Shown: positions 11,546 to 25,889, counted from the first letter of the whole stretch. The stretch: 62,898 bases of DNA, filler included, from Dicyema japonicum (GCA_011109175.1; 10 parts of 10 records of this genome joined end to end with filler, not necessarily neighbours in it); one strand, 5' to 3'. Notes: generated by a model not told the origin, from the letters alone. Numbers and translations: made by a program.

Positions 11546-14500
11546 TGCTAAATAGTAACCCTTAATAGATAATAGAGATTTGAATTCAAATGATTTACTA
11601 ATCGGCACTTATCGCGGTAATAATGTTAAATGTCTAAGCTTCATTTCGTAGATAAAATTCATAATATAATTGTATAGGCGTTCTATTCTGATTCAAAGTG
11701 GTAGAATTATAATGCTAAATAGTAACCCTTAATAGATAATAGAGATTTGAATTCAAATGATAATACTAATCGGCACATATTGCAATAATAATGTTATAGG
11801 TCTAAGCTTCATTTCGTAGATAAAATTCATAATATAATTGTATAGGCGTTCTAGTTTGATTCCAAGTGGTAGAATTATAATGCTAAATAGTTAACCCTTA
11901 ATAGATAATAGAGATTTGAATTCAAATGATTATACTAATCGGCACATATTGCAATAATAATGTTATAGGTCTAAGCTTCATTTCGTAGATAAAATTCATA
12001 ATATAATTATATAGGCGTCCTAGTTTGATTCCAAGTGGTAGAATTATAATGCTAAATAGTAACCCTTAATAGATAATAGAGATTTGAATTCAAATGAAAA
12101 TACTAATCGGCACTTATCGCGGTAATAATGTTAAAAGTCTAAGCTTCATTTCGTAGATAAAATTCATAATATAATTGTATAGGCGTTCTAGTCTGATTCC
12201 AAGTGGTAGAATTATAATGCTAAATAGTAACCCTTAATAGATAATAGTGATTTGAATTCAAATTTTTATACTAATCACGTATTGCAGTAATAATGTTAAT
12301 GGTCTAAGCTTCATCTCGAAGATAAAATTCATAATATAATTATATAGGCGTCGTAGTTTGATTCCAAGTGGTAGAGTTAAAATGCTAAATAGTAACCCTT
12401 AATAGATAATAGAGATTTGAATTCAAATGATTATACTTATCGGCAAGTACTGAAATAATAATGCTAGAGGTTACGCTTCATTTCGTAGATAAAATTCATA
12501 ATATAATTGTATAGTTATCGTTGTTGGATTTCAAGTGGTAGAATTATAATGCTAAATAGTAACCCTTAATAGATAATGAGATTTGAATTCAAATGATTAT
12601 ACTAATCGGCACGTATTGCAGTAATAATGTTATAGGTATAAGCTTCATCTCGTAGATAAAATTCATAATATAATTGTATAGGCGTCATACTTGATTCCAG
12701 GTGGTTGAAATATAATGCTAAATAGTAACCCTTAATAGATAATAGAGATTTGAATTCAAATGATTAGACTAATCGGCACTTATTGTAATAATAATGTTAT
12801 AGGTCTAAGCTTCATTTCTAAGATAAAATTCATAATATAATTATATAGGGGTTCTAGTCTGATTCAAAGTGGTAGAATTATAATGCTAAATAGTAACCCT
12901 TAATAGATAATAGAGATTTGAATTCAAATTTTAATACTAATCACGTATTGCAGTAATAATGTTATAGGTATAAGCTTCATCTCGAAGATAAAATTCATAA
13001 TATAATTGTATAGGCGTCATATTTGATTCCAGGTGGTTGAAGTAAAATGCTAAATAGTAACCCTTAATAGATAATAGAGATTTGAATTCAAATGATTTAC
13101 TAATCGGCACGTATTGCAATAATAATGTTATAGGTCTAAGCTTCATGCCGAAGATAAAATTCATAATTAATTATATAGGCGTCATATTTTGATTCCATGT
13201 GGTAGAAATATATTGCTAAATAGTAACCCTTAATAAATAATAGAGATTTGAATTCAAATAATTATACTAATCGGCACGTATTGCAATAATAATGTTATAG
13301 GTCTAAGCTTCATTTCTAAGATAAAATTCATAATATAATTGTATAGGCGTCCTAGTTTGATTCCAAGTGGTAGAATTATAATGCTAAATAGTAACCCTTA
13401 ATAGATAATAGTGATTTGATTTCAAATGATTATACTAATCGGCACGTATTGCAGTAATAATGTTATAGGTATAAGCTTCATCTCGTAGATAAAATTAATA
13501 ATATAATTGTATAGGCGTCATACTTTGATTCCAGGTGGTTGAATTAAAATGCTAAATTGTAATCCTTAATAGATAATATAGATTTGAATTCAAATGATTA
13601 TTCTAATCGGCACGTATTGCAGTAATAATGTTATAGTTATAAGCTTCATCTCGTAGATAAAATTCATAATATAATTGTATAGGCTTCCTAGTTCGATTCC
13701 AAGTGGTAGAATTATAATGCTAAATAGTAATCCTTAATAGATAATAGAGATTTGAATTCAAATGATTATACTAATCGGCACGTATTGCAGTAATAATGTT
13801 ATAGGTATAAGCTTCATCTCGTAGATAAAATTCATAATATAATTATATAGGCGTCATACTTGATTCCAGGTGGTAGAATTAAAATGCTAAATAGTAACCC
13901 TTAATAGATAATAGAGATTTGAATTCAAATGATTATACTAATCGGCACGTATTGCAGTAATAATGTTATAGGTATAAGCTTCATCTCGTAGATAAAATTC
14001 ATAATATAATTGTATAGGCTTCCTAGTTTGATTCCAAGTGGTAGAATTATAATGCTAAATAGTAATCCTTAATAGATAATATAGATTTGAATTCAAATGA
14101 TTATTCTAATCGGCACGTATTGCAGTAATAATGTTATAGGTATAAGCTTCATCTCGTAGATAAAATTCATAATATAATTATATAGGCTTCCTAGTTTGAT
14201 TCCAAATGGTAGAATTATAATGCTAAATAGTAACCCTTAATATATAATAGAGATTTGAATTCAAATGATTATTCTAATCGGCACGTATTGCAGTAATAAT
14301 GTTATAGGTATAAGCTTCATCTCGTAGATAAAATTCATAATATAATTGTATAGGCGTCATACTTTGATTCCAGGTGGTTGAAGTAAAATGCTAAATAGTA
14401 ACCCTTAATAGATAATAGAGATTTGAATTCAAATGATTATACTAATCGGCACGTATTGCAGTAATAATGTTATAGGTATAAGCTTCATCTCGTAGATAAA

Positions 14501-15374
14501 ATTCATAATATAATTGTATAGGCGTCATACTTGATTCCAGGTGGTTGAAGTAAAATGCTAAATAGTAACCCTTAATAGATAATAGAGATTTGAATTCAAA
14601 TGATTATACTAATCGGCACGTATTGCAGTAATAATGTGATAGGTCTAAGCTTCATCTCGTAGATAAAATTCATAATATAATTATATAGGCGTCCTAGTTT
14701 GATTCCAAGTGGTAGAATTATAATGCTAAATAGTAACCCTTAATAGATAATAGTGATTTGATTTCAAATGATTATACTAATCGGCACGTATTGCAGTAAT
14801 AATGTTATAGGTCTAAGCTTCATCTCGTAGATAAAATTCATAATATAATTATATAGGCTTCGTAGTTTGATTCCAAGTGGTAGAATTATAATGCTAAATA
14901 GTAACCCTTAATAGATAATGGTGATTTGATTTCAAATGATTATACTAATCGGCACGTATTGCAGTAATAATGTTATAGGTATAATCTTCATCTCGTAGAT
15001 AAAATTAATAATATATTGTATAGGCGTCATACTTGATTCCAGGTGGTTGAAGTAAAATGCTAAATAGTAACCCTTAATAGATAATAGATATTTGAATTCA
15101 AATGATTATACTAATCGGCACGTATTGCAGTAATAATGTTATAGGTATAAGCTTCATCTCGTAGATAAAATTCATAATATAATTGTATAGGCGTCATACT
15201 TTGATTCCAGGTGGTTGAAGTAAAATGCTAAATAGTAACCCTTAATAGATAATAGAGATTTGAATTCAAATGATTATACTAATCGGCACGTATTGCAGTA
15301 ATAATGTTATAGGTATAAGCTTCATCTCGTAGATAAAATTCATAATATAATTATATAGGCGTCATACTTGATTT
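11546..15374. repeat. Satellite 1: 168-bp monomer, about 23 tandem copies
   Basis: TGCTAAATAG recurs at 11546, 11713, 11881, 12050 and onward. The consensus has stops in all six frames. Confidence 0.97.
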
Positions 15375-17707
15375 CAGTATCACTTTTGTTATCTATCGGC
15401 GTACTTTTTGGCTATTATATATTTCGACTAATTCCTTGTTTTCATCTTTATTGGCTGTCTATTAGATAAGATTGTGTATATATTAGTTTCCACTCAAAAA
15501 ATATTCTTATAAGCATTGCAAATTAAATTAACCATTTTTCCCGTCTAACTTTTATTCATTTGAGTTTTACCAAGACTAAATGTTTTTTAAAAAAAACATA
15601 CCTATATACGTTACTCAAACAAACTAATTTTCCCGCTTAATTCGATTACTTGTAGTTTGCAAGCAAAAACTTACTTATATTTTATTTACTTTTAATTTTG
15701 TCATGAATTTTTACTTGTAATCAAAATATATCTGTTGCCTTGTTAACTCAGATAGTGTCTTGTATTCACATCATGACTTAATAACAATGTAATATTACTA
15801 TAATAGGAGATTTATAGTAATATTCGTGGTTGTTCTGGTTTGTTAACAATAAGACTCCACCCAAAGTGAAATGACAATATTTTGTAGATTAATACTAAAC
15901 ACAAATTTAGAGTTGTTAGAAATTCACGTTCACGTGTCAATGATTCCATATTGTGGAGTGTCAAAATTAAAAAAATCTAATTTATTTTAAAATAATTTAC
16001 TAAAAACAGGATATGTCTACATAGCTTCATTGTGGACGAAAATCCATGTTTTCCTTTTTTTCGTAAGCATGGATGAGGTGATTGACCAGGGAGACATAGG
16101 AAACCCAAAGTTTTGAACAAAGTGAAGGTCAGATATGTGTAGAAACCAATGTTCAATTCAACCATAAAAGGAGATTGTTATTCATTTACAAGGAACCAAA
16201 TCTGGGTATGTGTGTTGATTAAGAACTAAAAATTAAAATTTACTATGTCAGTGTTTGATGTTTAAAAAACCCCAAATAATCTGTCAATATGTAAAATAAC
16301 AAGCTGCTTCTCCCGACAACCGTCAGAGTGAACTTGCTTGCCTGTGATGCGGACATAATCAATTTGTCATCTTTTATTACCCTGACCACCAGGGCTCGAC
16401 AATAAGTGGTTAACCTCTGAGAGTGTCCTGTTCCCTAGGGAAAGGCTTAATAATTTAATAGCTTTATAAATTGTGATAATAAGCAAATATTATACTAAAT
16501 TGATGATATTCCTACTATTCATTTATTTCAACATCTACGATCACTAATCATAACCAATTTCATTTCCAATAGACACAATGCATAAATTATTTGTGGGAAT
16601 AGTGAAAACATACACAAATGTGGTTTTATTTGATTAAATTGATTTTTGTCGAGAAACCGAGAACATCATTATATTTGAAGATGAAAGAATTAGTGCTTCC
16701 ACTCTGTGTTTGGTCAATATTATTGAAATCCTAAAGACTGAGAATTATTTGTCCACTTTTCTTAAGTATTTTTTTTGATTTTAAGAATATTTACTAATTT
16801 AGAGTTTATATATTCTTAGTTTGTTGGATGAGTGGTTAACACCTTTCTAATAATGTCTTTACTCACGGTCTGTCGATTCTACCCTGTTTACTATTGCTAC
16901 TTTCACAGTCAGACGACTCGCTTCGAACACTAAACAGGAGACCTTGTGCATTTGGAAAGACAAAAGTTACACGGAGAAAAATGGTAGAACTGATATCGAA
17001 GAGCACAGCACAAACGGAACCTATGTACTCACATGCTTATGAGTAACACGGGAGTGCATTTTACTTATATTATAGGTAAGCTAACTAATCTCATGTAAAC
17101 GGAACCTATGTACTCACATGCTTATGAGTAACACGGGAGTGCATTTTACTTATATTATAGGTAAGCTAACTAATCTCATGTAAACCGAAAGAATTTGTGA
17201 CTTTTAGTCAATATTAGTTATATTTGCATTTTTTGAATATTTTGTGAATATTAATGGTTTAGAGACTATCATTAGTGGAGGTTGAGACTTTTTGATAATA
17301 TGTAGAATACTTTACTTGATATAGATCTTGGGAAATATGCTTTTACTATTTTCAGTCTGTGACTTTTATTATTATTTCTTTGATATATGAGTTCGGTTTC
17401 AATGAGGACCTCAGTCCGGTTGAGTTAGGGAAAGGCAAGGTAAATCCGGAATCATTAGCTTGTTTTGCTTGAGATTTGATGATCAACGAGATTGATTTGC
17501 CAACTGCTTGTGTCTACCCAAGAACATATGTGGAAAATATAAAAACCATCAATCATTGTCAATCTACAGATGACACGAGGGCATCTCTAGTGAGACGCGT
17601 CATGGATTTGTGCTCCTCTTGGGATGCTGATCGGAATACTTCTTATACCTATGTTAGTGAGCAGTTAGATCAAATCCTGATATAATTTGAAAGATTCTTA
17701 AATAAAG

Positions 17708-18120
17708 CAGTGTTTCTCAACAAGTACTATTTTTTAATTATGATATATTTACAAATAAATTTATTTTATTAATTCAAGTAACAAAGCGTGCAACTTTTCG
17801 ATGTGACCTGATAAAAAAATAAAAGAATATAATAACTATTGATCTTATGGTTTTATTAGAATTGCAAAGGATCCACTTAAACCCTTCTGTTTGCAATGTC
17901 GTGCGGATTTACCTAACAAAAGGATGAAGCCATCTCGCTTTTACAACACCCAAACAACCTCGCCCACTATGAAAAGATATTGAATTCAATGGTCGATAAA
18001 TATAGTTGATTTATTGTATGGCCAAATGCATTGCATTTTGCACATCACAATTTGGTCTCGAAAAATGTATATTTGAATGCATGAATATTGTTATACGAAT
18101 AATTAATAAAAACCAATGGC
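17708..18120 (+). mobile_element. Internally deleted Buster-like hAT element
   Basis: TIR CAGTGTTTCTCAAC after flank aaaTAaag; then YGFIRIAKDPLKPFCLQC...RMKPSR and an HC..H-region remnant. Confidence 0.6.
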
Positions 18121-18239
18121 ATGCATGGCTCACGATGTTTGGATTAGACTTAATTTGGGACTCCCGAAGAACTTCAACTACAACAAACAACGAGACTGGA
18201 ACGAACTTGTATGTTCGAAAACCAATGATGAGCTAAAAC

Positions 18240-18834
18240 ACAACTCGACCAGCATCGTCTGGTTGTCTGGCTAACGCATCAACAAACGTAAGTGGTGCAT
18301 GGCTCAAAGCATTCCCGTTCATTTCACTCGGAAATTTTCTGGACGATGACTCCACGAGGATTGGGGTTTGCGTCCGCCTCGGAATCGATGTTTGCGCAAT
18401 CCATCGCTGTAAATTTGGAGGAATAGTAGACGTGTAAGGATTCCACGCACTTTCCTGCCGAAGGAGCGCTGGAAGAAGCCTGCAACATAGTGCAAACAAC
18501 AAGGTTATTGCGTGGGTACTAGAAGCTGCCGGATTCCCTGTCCAGATGGAACCCATAGGACTTGCCACGGCAAACAGAATGCCGGATGGAGTGACTCTAT
18601 TCGTGTGGGATGCTGGGAAGTACCTGGTCTTGGATGCCACCTGCGTAGATAGCTTCTCCCTTTCCAAAATTACAATGAGTACGACAAATCCAGGCTCAGC
18701 TGCAGAGAAAGCAGAAATACTTAAAGCAAAAAAGCACACATTCCTCGGCGAGCAGAACACATTTGAACCAGTCGCAGTCGAAACTTCGGGAGTCGTAGGA
18801 AGCAGGTTGTTAACTCTGCTCAACAAAATTGGAT
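18240..18834 (+). mobile_element. CRE-clade 3' region (zinc knuckle and RLE nuclease), premature TAA at 18435
   Basis: WLKAFP...LGNFLDD...RLG...HRC...H.LSCRRSAGR...RMPDGVTL..WD.GKYLVLDATCVDS...FEPVAVETSG. Confidence 0.85.
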
Positions 18835-18835
18835 N

Positions 18836-19700
18836 TAATGCTAGAGGTCTACGCTTCATTTCGTAGATAAAATTCATAATATATTTGTATAGATATCGTT
18901 GTTGGATTCCAAGTGGTAGAATAATAATGCTAAATAGTAACCCTTAATAGGTAATAAAGATTTCAATTCAAATGATTATACTAATCGGCATTTAACGCAA
19001 TAATAATGTTATTGGTCTAAGCTTCATCTCGTAGATAAAATTCATAATATAATTGTATAGGCGTCGTAGTTTGATTCTAGGTGGTAGAAGTATAATGCTA
19101 AATAGTAACCCTTAATAGATAATAGAGATTTGAATTCAAATGATTATACTAATCGGCACTTATCGCGGTAATAATGTTACAAGTCTAAGCTTCATTTCGT
19201 AGATAAAATTCATAATATAATTGTATAGGCGTCGTAGTTTGATACGAGGTGGTAGAAGTATAATGCTAAAAGTCACCCTTAATAGATAATAGAGATTTGA
19301 ATTCAAATGATTATAATAATCGGCACGTATTGCAGTAATAATGTTATAGGTCTAAGCTTCATCTCGTAGATAAAATTCATAATATAATTGTATAGGCATC
19401 GTAGTTTGATTCCAGGTGGTAGAATTATAATGCTAAATAGTAACCCTTAATAGATAATAGAGATTTGAATTCAAATGATTATACTAATCGGCAAGTCTGA
19501 AATAATAATGCTAGAGGTCTACGCTTCATTTCGTAAATAAAATTCATAATATAATTGTATAGTTATCGTTGTTGGATTCCAAGTGGTAGAATAATAATGC
19601 TAAATAGTAAGCCTTAATAGATAATAGAGATTTGAATTCAAATGATTATACTAATCGGCACGTATTGCAGTAATAATGTTATAGGTATAAGCTTCATCTC
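18836..19700. repeat. Satellite 1, second block (about 5 monomers)
   Basis: Same 168-bp unit as 11546-15374. Confidence 0.95.
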
Positions 19701-20329
19701 NNNNNNNNNNNNNNNNNNNNNNNNNNNNNNNNNNNNNNNNNNNNTTAATTAATTAANNNNNNNNNNNNNNNNNNNNNNNNNNNNNNNNNNNNNNNNNNNN
19801 GAAAAAAACAGAAACTTTAAACAATTAGAACGAAGCACCACATGGCGTTACGTGGCTTTTTTAATCTATTCCAAAAAAGGAAGATGTCGAGGATGTGAAC
19901 AACTATTCCTACCAAAAATAAAGAGGACGTCCGAGTTCAACTTTCTTGGAAAAAAATTATTATATTTTTACTAACATTGATGAGTAAATTTAATAAAATA
20001 TTTATTTAAAAATATAAATTAAATTTTTTTTAACTGGTCGACCATCATTAATTTATTATACACGTTGTCATTAGTTCCCCTGGGATTTGTGGATGTGTTT
20101 TGTATTTTCCTGTACGTTTCTTCAACATTGAAAGTAACAGATTTATCAAATTTTTATTGGATAAATATTTGATTCATCAATAAATTGTCATTATGTTTTT
20201 TTTAATTCTGAAAAAATGATGTGGATGTACAATTCTCTCTCAAAATGGTCTAGGCGGTGTTTACAAAAACATTATGATTCCTTGTTAATTTTATATTTAT
20301 TAAAAATCAATTGTTGTATCGAGGATAAA

Positions 20330-20720
20330 AATACTATGATTTGACTTAATGATGTATTCCAGTATTTACTACATTTCCCAACCATTTGAGTATCGACAAG
20401 AATTCAATGAACGAATATTCCATTTTTGTTTTAAGCATGTCATAAATCCTCTCTATTTCTCTATTTTTCCTACCATGACCAGATGCTCAAGATAGACATT
20501 ATTAAGATTAATGGAAAATAGAAAATCCCGTTGCTATTTCTAATGACTCTAAAAGCTATAATTTCTCAGTCAAAATTACAGGTATTCTCATAATATTATT
20601 ATTTCAAGTTGTACTAGAATGACGTTTTGTGATTGAAATAAGGACTGTTCGAGATTTTCAGACGAATCAATTCTTCTTGCATTGTGTCGTTACTATATGG
20701 AATATTGCTTAGTAATTCAG
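20330..20720 (-). mobile_element. Degenerate hAT transposase remnant
   Basis: LSNIPYSNDTMQ and LLESLEIATGFSIF resemble Buster-type catalytic-domain segments. Confidence 0.4.
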
Positions 20721-20889
20721 TAGATTTCCTACAAGAATATTTTTATTAACAATTTGCGCGGGAAAGTACAGATCTCTCAGTAATCAGGATTACCTATATA
20801 AATTAAAATAAAAAAAATCCGGTGTGGCCATGATTTCTGCAACTTTTTTCCCTGAATAGTTTCAGGATTTGTAGGTTTTAGTCTAGTTA

Positions 20890-22870
20890 TTATTTTTTAG
20901 CCAGACATCATTTCCGCGATGTGCGGCCGACTTAATGCTTTTTAATCGGTTTGGTTGGCGCATTTCTTCGCGGCCTTCAGAGTGCTCATACATGCGATTG
21001 ACTCCTAATTCTTCTGGCAAGCGAAGTTCGACGGGAATTCCAAGTCCAACTAACCCCACAACTTGCAAACTCTGTCAAGCTCTGAGTCCAAGGTATGTCT
21101 GGTTGCGTTACGTAGGACTGCTTGGGCCAAGCGACTGCAGCTCGCAAGGGATGAAAAGTAGGCAGGCAGGGCGGCTTCAAGAAGGGATCTCAACCCAATG
21201 CCCCCATTTCTCGCAGGTTGTTTGCACATAGTCCATCCCAGATCATCGAATTTGACATTCAGTATTGACTCCGCCGATCGTCTCAGAGTTCCATCAGCCG
21301 ACAATAGTGCATTCCGGTGGTTGTTTCCGAAAGGGCAGCCAAGGAAGTGTACCTTGTCCAAGGAGGATATGCTGAAACCTGGAAGTAGGGATCTGAATTC
21401 TTGGCAGGCAGTAAAAAAGTTTGGAGATGAGCAGGAAATATTGATCAGTTCCGATTTTATAACATTGACAATTAAACCCCATTCGTTTGGAGCTGGAATG
21501 GTTGAAGAAATATCCTGATGTACGTTCTCCCATGGGCCAGCTATTGTGGCGTCGTCCGAGTCCCACAGGTTGAGTTCACATTTTATGCTTCTTTCCACTG
21601 TGTCAATTGTCATTGCAAAAAGCAAAGGCCCTAGTGGGTCTCCCTGCTGAACGCCTGTGCGTGAATAAACGATATCGTTTCCGTAAACTAAGGCTGAGTC
21701 CGTCCCATACGATAAGTGTACAAGTCGGCAAATCTCTGGAGCTCTCTTCCAACAGGTTTCTAAAATACAGTCTCTCCTCAGCGTGTTGAAGGCATTTGAT
21801 ATATCAAGCTTCTGTTCTAGCCTTTGGGTCTGGGAATTATTGTTGTAGAAGTAACTCCTCGCGGCGTGGACTGGTGCCTTGCAACCGACGGTCACTCCCA
21901 CCCCAAGTTGAGTCGGAAACAGCTCTTCAGCAACATTGTGGGAGACTTTCCGGGCAGCGATTTTACCAGCAAACCTTCGAAAGTATGTACCGATTGCAAT
22001 TGGGCGAACACCATCTCCTTTTTGGAATGCCAATAGATATCCACAAAAAAGATCTCTAGCAAATTTTGGAATATCACCATTAACTATTCGAGTGAGCAGC
22101 AAAATGATAGACGTTAACAAGGCACGGCCGGCTTCAGCAGTTACTTCAGAGGTTAAGTCCTTTATATGACTTGGGCGNGAAAGTATGTACCGATTGCAAT
22201 TGGGCGGACACCATCTCCTTTTTGGAATGCCAATAGATGTCCACAAAAAAGATCTCTAGCAAATTTTGGAATATCACCATTAACTATTCGAGTGAGCAGC
22301 AAAATGATAGACGTTAACAAGGCACGGCCGGCTTCAGCAGTAGCTACAGAGGTTAAGTCCTTTATATGGCTAGGCGCAGTCCGTTTATGCTTCCGCAGCT
22401 ACTGAGTGCAAAAGACTACTTCAAATTCCGTGGCAGTAAATGCCGGGAGGTCTTCTGGCATTGTCAAGTTCCACGGGTTCGGTAGTGGTCCAGGCTGCTT
22501 CCTTCTCAATAACTCCAAGACTTCAGGGCACGGCTTTAACAGCGCTTTGTCACAAGACACCACTCTTACAGCTGCGCGAACGTCCCCTTCCATCAGTTTT
22601 CGGTTCACTCTCTCTCGAAATGCTTTAGAATCTTTCTGTTTACTCCCAGCTTCTGTAGACAACTGTTTGCACCGAAATACTTGCTCAGGCTCGATTCCAG
22701 AGTCTTCCTGCGTTGAAGTGACCAAAAAGACAGAAGTATTCATCTTGAATCTTGAGGCCAGTGATCCGTTGCGAGCTTGCTCTGAGGCAGAAATTTCAAG
22801 GGTCATAGGTACAAAGCTCAGTAGATGTATCCAAGAGGCCTGGTCGCTGGTGCTGATGGCTGATGTCTTT
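20890..22870 (-). mobile_element. CRE-clade retrotransposon with nearly complete RT, probably inactive
   Basis: KLMEGDVRAAVR, LLAFQKGDGVRPIAIG, QLGVGV..GC...VHA, KLDISNAFNTL, GVQQGDPLGPLLF, WDSDDATI (YLDD altered), QPARNGGIG. A roughly 200-bp duplication surrounds the N at 22178. Confidence 0.92.
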
Positions 22871-24049
22871 AATCTATTTTAGAAATCAAATTCGACGGCT
22901 AACTCATCATGAAAGCGAAATACGGGGGCTCATCCAGTTAATGTAGAAAGCCCTGATTAACTTCATTTATCAGACTTCAAGTTTAATTAATTTAATTTAT
23001 TAACCCCGGANNNNNNNNNNNNNNNNNNNNNNNNNNNNNNNNNNNNNNNNNNNNNNNNNNNNNNNNNNNNNNNNNNNNNNNNNNNNNNNNNNNNNNNNNN
23101 NNNNNNNNNNNNNNNNNNNNNNNNNNNNNNNNNNNNNNNNNNNNNNNNNNNNNNNNNNNNNNNNNNNNNNNNNNNNNNNNNNNNNNNNNNNNNNNNNNNN
23201 NNNNNNNNNNNNNNNNNNNNNNNNNNNNNNNNNNNNNNNNNNNNNNNNNNNNNNNNNNNNNNNNNNNNNNNNNNNNNNNNNNNNNNNNNNNNNNNNNNNN
23301 NNNNNNNNNNNNNNNNNNNNNNNNNNNNNNNNNNNNNNNNNNNNNNNNNNNNNNNNNNNNNNNNNNNNNNNNNNNNNNNNNNNNNNNNNNNNNNNNNNNN
23401 NNNNNNNNNNNNNNNNNNNNNNNNNNNNNNNNNNNNNNNNNNNNNNNNNNNNNNNNNNNNNNNNNNNNNNNNNNNNNNNNNNNNNNNNNNNNNNNNNNNN
23501 NNNNNNNNNNNNNNNNNNNNNNNNNNNNNNNNNNNNNNNNNNNNNNNNNNNNNNNNNNNNNNNNNNNNNNNNNNNNNNNNNNNNNNNNNNNNNNNNNNNN
23601 NNNNNNNNNNNNNNNNNNNNNNNNNNNNNNNNNNNNNNNNNNNNNNNNNNNNNNNNNNNNNNNNNNNNNNNNNNNNNNNNNNNNNNNNNNNNNNNNNNNN
23701 NNNNNNNNNNNNNNNNNNNNNNNNNNNNNNNNNNNNNNNNNNNNNNNNNNNNNNNNNNNNNNNNNNNNNNNNNNNNNNNNNNNNNNNNNNNNNNNNNNNN
23801 NNNNNNNNNNNNNNNNNNNNNNNNNNNNNNNNNNNNNNNNNNNNNNNNNNNNNNNNNNNNNNNNNCCCTATGAGGTTCTTAACTTCCAAAGAAATGTCCA
23901 CGCATTCCAGTATATAGTTAGCCATCGACTCGTTTCTTCGTTTGGTCTGTCCGTATATATTTATATCCACGAAATGTAGTGGGACTATTTTTAGCAAGTT
24001 TGACCTCTTAGATAAGTGCACTATCAATGGTTTTTTATTCTGCACATTC

Positions 24050-24290
24050 ATATCCGAGGCTACTGTTGAAACCACTAGAATCTCACAAACTTGTTCGCAG
24101 TAATAATCTACATGGAATGTTCCTTGAGTCTCTTAGTTTTCTTAATTATATATTGACGACACATGTACAGCCATCTCATTATGCCTTCGTAGGTAATCGC
24201 TGTTTAGCATACGACCACAGTTTTTCGCAAAGTGGTCGACACTTTTCCTGGAAGAATTACAGAGCTATAACTGATATGGCTCCTCGGAAA
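24050..24290 (-). mobile_element. RLE retrotransposon zinc knuckle / RHN region, decayed
   Basis: VDHFAKNCGRMLNSDYLRRHNEM ... DMNVQNKKP. Confidence 0.65.
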
Positions 24291-24759
24291 GTGCGAATAT
24301 TATTATTATTAAATTACTAGTAACGCAAATACTGCATTTATTCTTATTGAGCAATGATATCCTCTGATTCTCTTGGAGATAACGATTCAAACGGATTCAT
24401 CAATTAATTCCACTGGAACACCATTTCGTTCCATGGTGACGTGTTCTAGAATCGCTTGGATTCATTAGTTATGATTGAGCTGTGCTTAACAAGCTAGGGG
24501 TTAAATAAATGTGATTTCAATATTAGGTTTTTTTAAGCGGGAAAACTAGTAACTTAACGTGACTGAACTTTATCTTCTCAAGAGGAGTGGTGATTTATCA
24601 TCCAATTTATTGAAGGATATATGAACTGACGAATTAATGCACTTAATCCATGGTTATGATGTGGAATCTTGCCTTGGATAAAATTAAAGAATCTGATTAT
24701 AGTTAAGAAGAAATGACATATTCTGGTAGGTTCCTTTATTAATTTGCTATTATACTACG

Positions 24760-25198
24760 AGCAGCACAGAATATCATCGTACCTACCATTGAATATGCCT
24801 GCTCCGTCTGAAATTTGCGATTTCCCCTTCGAGGGTGGACCGTTTGAACTCCCTTAGGCGGAAAATTATGCACCACACGGACATCCCCATTGGCGACCTC
24901 GTTTCTGATGAGGCAACGTTGAAAAATGGCCAGGGTTTCTTACGTTTCTGCAAGGAACTGGGAAACCCACTCAATGAAAAGGTGACCCATGCAGAGGAAT
25001 TTCGGTCGGTAATAAAAAAGTACACACCGATTGAATTCCTTTGCAGAAGGAAGAGAAGACCCTTCTGGAGTGTGGTTGGATCATCAGAAGATTAAATGAA
25101 GTGAGTTCGGATGTTGTTGGAGGCTGGGATAACCTAATTAGTTAGTTTTGACCTATCTTTCCTGGTGGTCTAAGGGTTAAATAAAATAAATAAATAAC
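24760..25198 (+). mobile_element. 3' end of a LINE with (TAAA)n tail
   Basis: IIVPTIEYACSV resembles the post-RT IRP.LEYA..VW motif; the segment ends GGGTTAAATAAAATAAATAAATAA. Confidence 0.5.
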
Positions 25199-25311
25199 AA
25201 ATTTGAAATTAATCAAAAAAAACATTTTAAAAATTTAAACTTATTAAATAGACTTTTTTGGAGGGTAGTAAGGCTCCGGTTTTCCTCACCAATTTCTCAA
25301 AAGGTGTAGGG

Positions 25312-25662
25312 TTAGAAATGTCCAAGAGAATTTTCGCAGAGCCTTACTGGCCATTTTTGGAAGGTATTGATTTTTTCTATATTCCTGTTTGATAGGTTTG
25401 TTCCCCATGCAGCATACCCGTAAGTTAGAAACGGTTGAATATACTGCACGTAGAGCGAGTCCAAATTTGAGTTGAAACAACCTTTATATTGTCCAAGAAG
25501 TGTTTTAACATAATTTAACTTTAGTTGTACCAAAGAGATGATGTAGTCGATCTGTTTGCTGAAGATCAAGAGTGGGTCGTAAGTTACACCCAGTATCTTG
25601 ACCGAGTTGGTCGTGGGGATTGGGTTTCCATTAATGGTTACACATGGAGCGGAGTTTGTCAA
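25312..25662 (-). mobile_element. LINE RT thumb fragment
   Basis: INGNPIPTTNSVKILGVTYDPLLIF...YVQYIQPFLTYGYAAW. Confidence 0.8.
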
Positions 25663-25889
25663 TCTTCTGTTTGTTGTGAAATTGATTTATTTAAATAAAT
25701 TTGTTCCTCGCGACGAGTTCTGGCTACAGCATAAGCTTCCCGGATCTCATTTTGAAACAGCTGTGGCTTTACTGGAACGCATCAAGATCAAAGATTTGCT
25801 TTTTTCTACCGTTGGTTTTTTTTAATAATTCAATTATTTTAATTTTGTTAACTATAACTTTTCAGATCTTAGAAATGAAAAACTAACTT

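Noticed and set aside
11546-15374. CRISPR array or spliced-leader/snRNA array
   Set aside because: The variable parts are homologous point variants, not unique spacers. The context is eukaryotic with no cas genes, and I found no canonical Sm site or Pol III boxes.
16000-17690. Epac/RasGEF-like (VIDQGDIG; ISASTL...YLSTFL) and kinase-tail-like (MDLCSSWDADR...EQLDQIL) snippets
   Set aside because: These are short resemblances that I could not join into a consistent spliced frame.
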